Shown here one piece after another: positions 44,170 through 50,409 of a stretch of DNA of 50,409 nucleotides. This DNA comes from Kiritimatiellia bacterium (GTDB lineage Bacteria > Verrucomicrobiota > Kiritimatiellia > RFP12 > UBA1067). Position 1 is the first letter of the stretch; every line of letters starts with the position of its first letter. The position numbers were made by a program, and so were the translations under genes. A model generated the notes under the pieces. It ran no database searches. It had not been told where the DNA came from and was given only the letters and a program-made list of their open reading frames with translations. Where the stretch lies: NCBI GenBank assembly GCA_017418445.1, contig JAFONM010000003.1:1-50409 (forward strand), given 5' to 3'.

Positions 44170-47100
44170 ATGGACCAGAACCTAGTGAGAACCGATCTGC
44201 TGCCGATGGTCATGCCGACCGCGGTCCTCGTCGGGCTCGCCCTCGCGTCGACAGGCGCGTGGATCGCTGCGCACTATCTCGTCAAGCGCTTCCTCCGCAG
44301 GTTGAGGGCCGCCTACCGCGTCCTCCTCGTGATGCCGATCGGCATCATCTCCTCGTGGCTCGTCCTCCAGGCCTCCGCGAGGTTCCTCTTCCTCGCGACG
44401 AGCTGGTCCCTCTTCTTCTCCGCGATTGTCGCGGCGGCGGCGCTCGAGTCCGTCGCGGCCATATACGAGCACGAGAAGGAGCGCGTCCCCAGGAAGCACG
44501 GACGCGCCATCGTCGCCCTCAGGCTCGCCGCGATCGCGATCCTCTTCTTCATGATCATGCAGCCGGTCCTCATCGGCGAGTCGAAGCGCACCGTGAGAAG
44601 CCGCGTGATCGTCCTCGCGGACGACTCCGCCTCCATGCACTTCGTCGACAGGCAGTGGACCGACGCGGAGCGCGTCGACGCGGCCGTCGCCCTGGGCAGG
44701 ACCGGGACGGCCAAGCCGCCCGCGAGGGACTTCTGCGACCTCGTCGCGCGCGCGGATTCCCTCGCCGGCGAGATCGAGACCGTCCGCGAGCTCGCCTCCG
44801 TCGGCGGCAAGGACATGCCGAAGGACGCGATGGAGGCGGGCGCGAAGCTCGTCTCGGACCTCGCGGCGGAGCTCGACAGGTCCGTCCCGAAGCTCTCCCA
44901 GTCGCGCAAGGACTACATCGCGGAGCTCGGGCGCCTCGACAGCCACCTCAAGTCGAAGCTCGTCCCCGTCATGAAGAGGCTCGCCGGCACCGTCGCCGCC
45001 GGGGACGCGGCGGGATCCGGCGCCGCGGCGAAGGAGGCTTCCGACGCGCTCGCGGAGGCGCGTCCGGCGATGCTGAAGGCCCAGGACCTCCAGGCGCTCG
45101 CGTGGTACGACGCCCTCTCGAAGAAGGACCGCGACGAGGTGATCGCGGCGACCGAGGTTCCGCGCGCGAAGATCGTCCGCGCCCTGATGAACCACGGCGG
45201 GGAAGATGCGATACTGAAGAAGCTTTCGGATCGCTATGACGTGGACGTCTTCAGATTCGGTCACGGCGCGATGCAGGACGGATCGCTCCTAGACGAGCGC
45301 GAGCACTCCGAGCGGTTCGAGGCGGCCCTCTCCCCGCGCGACATACAGTTCCGCTCCGCGACCGACATGACGCGCGCACTCGAAACGGTGATGAGGGAGA
45401 TTCCGACCGAGGAGATCTCGTCCGTCATATTCTTCACGGACGGACGCCACACCGGCGACGCGGGCGTCGAGTCCGTGGCGCGCAAGCTCGGCTCGATGGG
45501 CGTGTCCATATCGTCCGTCATCGTCGGCGGCACGACTCCTCCGTTCGACCTCGCGATCGCCGCGGTGCAGGCCCCCGAATCGATCTTCGTCGGCGACAAG
45601 GTCCGCTTCACCGTCAACGTCGCGGCGACGATGGCCAGCGGCAGGCAGGCCGAGGTGACGCTCATGGCGGGCGAGGAGAAGATAGACTCGAAGGTCCTCG
45701 ACATAACCTCCGACGACTGGCAGGAGGAGGTCCGCTTCAAGCACGAGCCGGAGAAGCGCGGAATTTACAAGTACACCGTCGACCTCAGGCTCCTCGACAA
45801 CGAGCTCTTCGAGGACAACAACAGGTGGGAGGTCTCGGTCTCCGTCTCCGACGACCGCACGAACGTCCTTCTCGTCGACAACCGTCCGCGCTGGGAGTTC
45901 CGCTACCTCAGGAACCTCTTCTACGGGCGCGACAAGTCGGTGCACCTCCAGGACTACCTCATCACGCCCGACACCTGCACTCTTCCGGACGGCGTCCACC
46001 TCGATCCGCTTCCCGCCGCGTCCGCGAGCCGCGAGTTCGGCGACTCCGAGTCCGGCGCGTTCCCGCAGGAGTCCGAGGAATGGCGCAAGTTCGACCTCAT
46101 CATCATCGGCGACCTCTCCGACAGCCAGCTCTCCGCCGAGACGGTCAGGATGATCAAGTACTGCGTCGAGGAGCGCGGCGCGCTTCTCGTCGTCATCGCC
46201 GGACCCGAGTCGATGCCGTACAAGGTGACGAATCCGGACTTCAGGGCGATGCTGCCCATCGAATACGATCCCGACGGACAGGAACACCGCACTCCGCCCG
46301 AGGAGGAGTACACGTTCTCCCTCACCCCGGCCGGCCGCGGGCATCCCGTCATGGCCCAGTCCTCGTCCTCCTCCGAGAACGAGGAGATATGGGGCGAGCT
46401 CCCTGACTTCCACTGGCGCATTCCGATCAAGGGCGTGAAGGCGGGCTCGGAGGTCCTCGCCTACGCGCGCTCGAAGAAGGATGCCGAGGCCGGCGACGCC
46501 GCGGTCGCGCAGTCCATCGCCGCCACCATCGAGGAGGATCCCGAGGCCGCCGTCAAGCGCCTCGAGGACATCCGCAACGAGCAGGCCCGCAACGCCGTCG
46601 TCGTCGCGAGGACGTGCGGACGCGGCAAGGTGCTGATGATGAACACGGACCGCATGTGGCGCCTCAGGTACCGCGTCGGCGACACGCGCCACCACCGCTT
46701 CTGGGGACAGGTCGTCCGCTGGGGCGCGGGCGAGAAGCTCCAGACCGGCAACGAGTTCGTCCGCCTCGGCACGGACCAGCTCCGCTACGACGTGGGCGAG
46801 CCGATCAAGGTCTACGCGAGGTTCCTCGACTACAACTACGGCGGACTCCAGGACCTCGAGCCGACGGTCGTCCTCACGGACATGACCGGCGGCCACCGCA
46901 ACGAGTATCCGCTCCGATTGAGGCCGGACTCCAACGGATTCTACGAAGGGGAGATTCCGGGAATCGGCGACCCCGGCGCCTACCAGGTCGAGCTCGTCTG
47001 CGAGGGCGCGATCGAGAAGATCGGCCACAACTTCCCGCGCCACCTCAAGACCCGCTTCGTCATCGTCATGGCGAAGCAGCCCGTCGAGACCGTCAACATC

Positions 47101-47322
47101 ACCGCGAGCCGCGACGCCCCGACGAGGATGGCGAAGGCGACGAAGGGACGCGTGATGACGCCGACGGAATGGACCGGGCTCACCGACGACTTCGGTGCCG
47201 GCAACAAGACGATGAGGGACCGCACCGAGTACCAGCTCTGGTGCATGCCGCCGCTGTTCATATTGCTGATGGGGCTCCTTACCGCGGAGTGGATAATAAG
47301 GAAGCGCGCCAAGCTCGCGTAG
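44170..47322 (+). CDS. vWA-domain membrane protein with a GATase1-like (DUF1355-type) module (1050 aa)
   Basis: Starts on the base after the upstream stop. It has N-terminal TM helices, a MIDAS-like VLADDSASMHF, FFTDGRHTGD, FDLIIIGDLS...GALLVVIAGP, and a C-terminal TM helix (LWCMPPLFILLMGLLTAEWII). Confidence 0.65.
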   Translation: MDQNLVRTDLLPMVMPTAVLVGLALASTGAWIAAHYLVKRFLRRLRAAYRVLLVMPIGIISSWLVLQASARFLFLATSWSLFFSAIVAAAALESVAAIYEHEKERVPRKHGRAIVALRLAAIAILFFMIMQPVLIGESKRTVRSRVIVLADDSASMHFVDRQWTDAERVDAAVALGRTGTAKPPARDFCDLVARADSLAGEIETVRELASVGGKDMPKDAMEAGAKLVSDLAAELDRSVPKLSQSRKDYIAELGRLDSHLKSKLVPVMKRLAGTVAAGDAAGSGAAAKEASDALAEARPAMLKAQDLQALAWYDALSKKDRDEVIAATEVPRAKIVRALMNHGGEDAILKKLSDRYDVDVFRFGHGAMQDGSLLDEREHSERFEAALSPRDIQFRSATDMTRALETVMREIPTEEISSVIFFTDGRHTGDAGVESVARKLGSMGVSISSVIVGGTTPPFDLAIAAVQAPESIFVGDKVRFTVNVAATMASGRQAEVTLMAGEEKIDSKVLDITSDDWQEEVRFKHEPEKRGIYKYTVDLRLLDNELFEDNNRWEVSVSVSDDRTNVLLVDNRPRWEFRYLRNLFYGRDKSVHLQDYLITPDTCTLPDGVHLDPLPAASASREFGDSESGAFPQESEEWRKFDLIIIGDLSDSQLSAETVRMIKYCVEERGALLVVIAGPESMPYKVTNPDFRAMLPIEYDPDGQEHRTPPEEEYTFSLTPAGRGHPVMAQSSSSSENEEIWGELPDFHWRIPIKGVKAGSEVLAYARSKKDAEAGDAAVAQSIAATIEEDPEAAVKRLEDIRNEQARNAVVVARTCGRGKVLMMNTDRMWRLRYRVGDTRHHRFWGQVVRWGAGEKLQTGNEFVRLGTDQLRYDVGEPIKVYARFLDYNYGGLQDLEPTVVLTDMTGGHRNEYPLRLRPDSNGFYEGEIPGIGDPGAYQVELVCEGAIEKIGHNFPRHLKTRFVIVMAKQPVETVNITASRDAPTRMAKATKGRVMTPTEWTGLTDDFGAGNKTMRDRTEYQLWCMPPLFILLMGLLTAEWIIRKRAKLA

Positions 47323-47332
47323 GAGGTTGCAG

Positions 47333-50300
47333 ATGAAATTCCTGTCCAGACTTTTCAACAGAACGCGTCCGCAGCTCATCTCCGAGCGGATCCCCTCCGC
47401 CACGTACGCGCAGCTGCCGAAGGAGATATCCTCGAAGCTCAAGGCGGCCGCCCGCCGCGTCAGGCGCATCGTCCTCGTCCGCGGACTCTGCGCGACGATC
47501 GCCGTCTTCACGGTGGCGATACTCATCGTCATGGCCGTCGACGCGATGGTCGTCATCTTCTCCCCGTTCGTCCATTGGGGGCTCTGGCTCGCGGTCGTCG
47601 CGGCAACCGTCGTCACCGCCTGGCGGACCATCGTCCAGCCGCTTTCGATTCCGCTGACCCCCGCCCGCATCGCGGCTCTCGTCGAGGCGAACCATCCCGA
47701 GCTCGAGGAGCGCCTCTCGTCTGTCGTCGAACTCCTCGGCATGGGACAGGAGCTCAAGGCGTCCGCCCGCCTCATGGAGGTCCTCGCGCAGGACGCCGTC
47801 ACCGACGTCAGGAAGGTCTCGGTCAGGAAGGACTTCTCCGCCCGCACCGTCAAGCCTCGCTTCCTCGCGGCGCTCATAGCCATATCGATCGTCGCGCTCC
47901 TCGTCCTCGCGTTCCCGCGCGCGATGTCGCGACTCATAATCCGCGCCGTCATCCCGACCGCAGAGGTGGACAACGTCTATGCGGACGCCCTCAAGGTCAC
48001 GCCCGGCGACGCCGTGATCCTGCAGGGCACCCCGTTCACCGTGCAGCTCGCCGTGGAGTCCGGCTATCCGTCCCGTGCGTACGTGAGGACGCGCGGCATG
48101 GAGTCGAGGAGCGAGACCGCGGAGCGCATGACCCAGACCTCCGCGGAGGGCGGGGGCGGTCCGACCTACTACTCGTTCAGCTATCCGCTCGTCCAGAAGT
48201 CCTTCGCCTACCGCGTCCACTGCGGGAGCGCCCTCACGCGCGAGTTCAAGGTCAAGGCCCTCGCTGCGCCAGCGTACACCAATCTCGAGGTGAAGCTCCG
48301 GTATCCCGCATACACGAAGCGCGAGCCGGAAGTCGTCAGGGAGCAGAAGCCCGCCCCGATCTCCACCGTCGCGGGGACGAAGATCGAGATTTCCGCGGAA
48401 CCCAACAGGACGGACCTCAGGGAAGAGCTCCTCCTCCCCGGCGACAGGGCGATCGAGCCGTCGTCCGAGGGCGACGGACGCTTCACGTTCAAGTTCGACC
48501 TCGAGGACATGAGGGGACAGTGGGGAATCCAGCTCTCGGACGACTACGGCTTCTCCAACCAGGTCGAGTTCGCCTCCATCGAGGTCGTCAAGGACGCCGC
48601 TCCAGAGATAAAGCTCCTCGCTCCGAAGACGCTCGCGATGGAGCTTCCTACGTTCGGCGCGATTCCGTTCGAGTACAGGATTACGGACGACTTCGGCTTC
48701 TCCTGCGTCCGCGTCGAGATCACCGGCGAGAACGGACAGTACGAGGAGGCGATGTCCCTCGAGCCAGCCGAGACCGAGCGCCGCGTCTGGACCGGCGCCG
48801 GCACGATCGAGCTCTCGAAGTTCAACCTCGACAAGCGCCGCGCGGTGCGCTTCCGCCTCGCCGCCGCCGACAACTATCCCGAGGAGCTGGGCGGACCCCA
48901 CGTCTCCTATTCCGAGGACATGTCCGTCCGCATCGCGCAGGACGCGACATCGCTCGCCGGCAAGGCCCTCTCGGAGCAGATCAAGAACGCGAATCTCACC
49001 GTCACCGAGGTCGTCAAGAAGCTCACGGCCGCGAAGAAGGACGCCGGCGTCGCCATCAGGGGCTTCGGACTCGGCGATACCAACGCGGGAATGCACAACA
49101 AGGGCTTTGAATCCCTCGACGCCGCGAAGAAGGACCTCCTCGAGGGCGAGAAGATGCTCGGCGACCTCGTGAAGGAGCTCGACAGCACGATGCTCACAGC
49201 GGGCGGCGACATACTGGAGAAGGCGCTCGACGACTACCTGGTCCCGACGCGCCGCTTCTGCGAGGACATCTACCTCCTGCAGGGCGACGACAAGGAGAAG
49301 GCCGCGAAGACCGAAGAGCTCGAGAAGAAGATCCAGGAGACGATCGACGCGCTCACCAAGGCGCAGAAGGACTTCGACAAGGCCGCGGAGGACGCGAAGG
49401 ACCTCCAGAAGCTCGCCGAGCTCGCCGCCCGCGAGAAGGCGCTCGCCGAGATGGCCGAGAAGGGCGAGATCGACCCCGAGCAGTTCGCAAAGATGCAGAA
49501 GGCGCTCCTCGACGAGTTCAACAAGGAGTTCGAGGACAAGCTCAAGGATCCGCTCCAGAAGGAGAAGGACCAGGTCTCCGCGTTGAAGGAGAAGGGCGAG
49601 GACCTCAAGAAGCAGCAGGAGGAACTCCAGAAGGACGCCGCCGCGCTCAAGGGCGACGACCCGGAGGCGAAGGCCGAGGCCGAGAAGGACCTCCGCGAGA
49701 AGACGAAATCGATGCCGTCCGAGACCTCCGCCGAGGACCGCCTCGCTGAACTCGAGGACCGCATCGCCGAGGACATCGACAAGCTCGCCAAGGAAGCCGA
49801 CAAGATGTCCGACGAATTCGACAGGAAGAACGCCCGGAACGCCGAGAACGCCGATTCGCCCGAGAACGCCGAGAAGGCCGGCAAGGAGGCCTCCGAGAAC
49901 GCCAGGGAGGCGTCCCAGAGCGCCCAGGATGCCGCGAAGGACGCGAAGGAGGCGGCCGACGCCCTCAAGGACGGCAACCAGGAGTCCGCAAACGAGAACA
50001 TGGACCAGGTCAAGGAGAACCTCGACAGGACGGGCGAGAAGCTCGACGAGACGATGTCCAGCCTCGACCAGCAGTCGGAGGCGATGCAGGGCGACGTCTC
50101 CGACTACAGGGACGCGCAGTCCGACATGCAGGCCGCGACCGAAGCCGCCGAGCAGGCCGCGCAGGAGGCCGCGGAGGCCGCGCAGAACGCCGAGGGCAAT
50201 CCCGAGAACTGGGACGGACAGAAGGACCCGAACGCCGAGGTCCCGGACTCCGGCATGGACGACGGCCAGCGCGACCCCAACCAGCAGTGGGACGGACAGA

Positions 50301-50409
50301 AGGACCCGAACGCCGAGGTTCCGGACTCCGGCATGGACGACGGCCAGCGCGACCCCAACCAGCAGTGGGACGGACAGAAGGACCCGAACGCCGAGGTTCC
50401 GGACTCCGG
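47333..50409 (+). CDS. membrane/coiled-coil protein, DUF4175-like, 3' end outside window (>1025 codons)
   Basis: Not in the supplied ORF track because it has no stop in the window. AGGAGG at 47321..47326 is followed by a 6-nt gap and ATG 47333. Hand translation of this frame to base 50409 shows no stop. It has two N-terminal TM helices, a beta-rich middle, a long E/K/A/D coiled-coil-type tail and tandem repeats at the end. Confidence 0.65.
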   Translation, partial: MKFLSRLFNRTRPQLISERIPSATYAQLPKEISSKLKAAARRVRRIVLVRGLCATIAVFTVAILIVMAVDAMVVIFSPFVHWGLWLAVVAATVVTAWRTIVQPLSIPLTPARIAALVEANHPELEERLSSVVELLGMGQELKASARLMEVLAQDAVTDVRKVSVRKDFSARTVKPRFLAALIAISIVALLVLAFPRAMSRLIIRAVIPTAEVDNVYADALKVTPGDAVILQGTPFTVQLAVESGYPSRAYVRTRGMESRSETAERMTQTSAEGGGGPTYYSFSYPLVQKSFAYRVHCGSALTREFKVKALAAPAYTNLEVKLRYPAYTKREPEVVREQKPAPISTVAGTKIEISAEPNRTDLREELLLPGDRAIEPSSEGDGRFTFKFDLEDMRGQWGIQLSDDYGFSNQVEFASIEVVKDAAPEIKLLAPKTLAMELPTFGAIPFEYRITDDFGFSCVRVEITGENGQYEEAMSLEPAETERRVWTGAGTIELSKFNLDKRRAVRFRLAAADNYPEELGGPHVSYSEDMSVRIAQDATSLAGKALSEQIKNANLTVTEVVKKLTAAKKDAGVAIRGFGLGDTNAGMHNKGFESLDAAKKDLLEGEKMLGDLVKELDSTMLTAGGDILEKALDDYLVPTRRFCEDIYLLQGDDKEKAAKTEELEKKIQETIDALTKAQKDFDKAAEDAKDLQKLAELAAREKALAEMAEKGEIDPEQFAKMQKALLDEFNKEFEDKLKDPLQKEKDQVSALKEKGEDLKKQQEELQKDAAALKGDDPEAKAEAEKDLREKTKSMPSETSAEDRLAELEDRIAEDIDKLAKEADKMSDEFDRKNARNAENADSPENAEKAGKEASENAREASQSAQDAAKDAKEAADALKDGNQESANENMDQVKENLDRTGEKLDETMSSLDQQSEAMQGDVSDYRDAQSDMQAATEAAEQAAQEAAEAAQNAEGNPENWDGQKDPNAEVPDSGMDDGQRDPNQQWDGQKDPNAEVPDSGMDDGQRDPNQQWDGQKDPNAEVPDS
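50210..50409 (+). repeat. 78-bp in-frame tandem repeat, at least 2.6 copies, running off the window
   Basis: Units start at 50210, 50288 and 50366. They differ by a single C/T substitution (GAGGTCCCG vs GAGGTTCCG). Each encodes WDGQKDPNAEVPDSGMDDGQRDPNQQ. Confidence 0.9.

Noticed and set aside
47279-50013. Track ORFs 47575..49110 (+), 47279..49096 (-), 48907..49212 (-) and 49270..50013 (-) as the genes of this region
   Set aside because: They are out-of-frame or antisense shadows of the open-ended ORF starting at 47333. The Ser/Ala/Phe-rich 49270..50013 product is simply the reverse complement of GAG/AAG/GCC-rich coiled-coil codons.

Overview
About 50.4 kb of high-G+C bacterial chromosome. 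The organism is diderm, since lptD and lpxK are present. The gene content (giant exported GH2-like proteins, exported Gfo/Idh/MocA enzymes, a GldG-type ABC module, a MoxR/BatA operon) resembles PVC-type glycan degraders, but the taxon cannot be fixed from this window. Two visibly lower-G+C patches look acquired. The first (1 to ~1550) holds an LRR-like gene end, truncated Y1-transposase fragments with inverted and direct repeats, and a small ORF. The second (~21575 to 23200) holds a single AAA+/DUF4143 ATPase behind 23-bp tandem repeats. The remaining content, in order:
- a secreted ADP-ribosylglycohydrolase-family protein and a radical-SAM activase-like gene
- two tandem paralogous ~1300-aa GH2-like exported proteins, convergent with a NarL/LuxR-type two-component pair
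- a C69-like Ntn hydrolase and an FlbD-like/basic-tail protein
- nth, rsmI, a nucleoside-hydrolase-like lipoprotein, a GH36-like protein and an esterase
- two Gfo/Idh/MocA oxidoreductases (one with a Tat signal), tRNA-Leu(UAA) and deoC
- an ABC ATPase, a fused ABC-2 permease/GldG protein and a DUF4340-like protein
- lptD, lpxK, hom and an aspartokinase

The best candidate for an under-described system is the tightly packed five-gene operon from 38696 to the window end. It encodes an FHA-MoxR fusion ATPase, a DUF58 protein, a 989-aa BatA_N/vWA protein with an embedded PA14 domain, a 1050-aa vWA membrane protein, and a >1025-codon membrane/coiled-coil ORF. That last ORF is missing from the supplied ORF track because it has no stop in the window, and it ends in near-perfect 78-bp tandem repeats. 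A second window-wide signal is a recurring extended -10 element, TGGTA(T/G)AAT, in intergenic DNA. Several copies sit 6-9 nt from a start codon, which implies leaderless mRNAs; one pair is back to back between divergent genes. All function calls are by-eye motif recognition. No searches were run.
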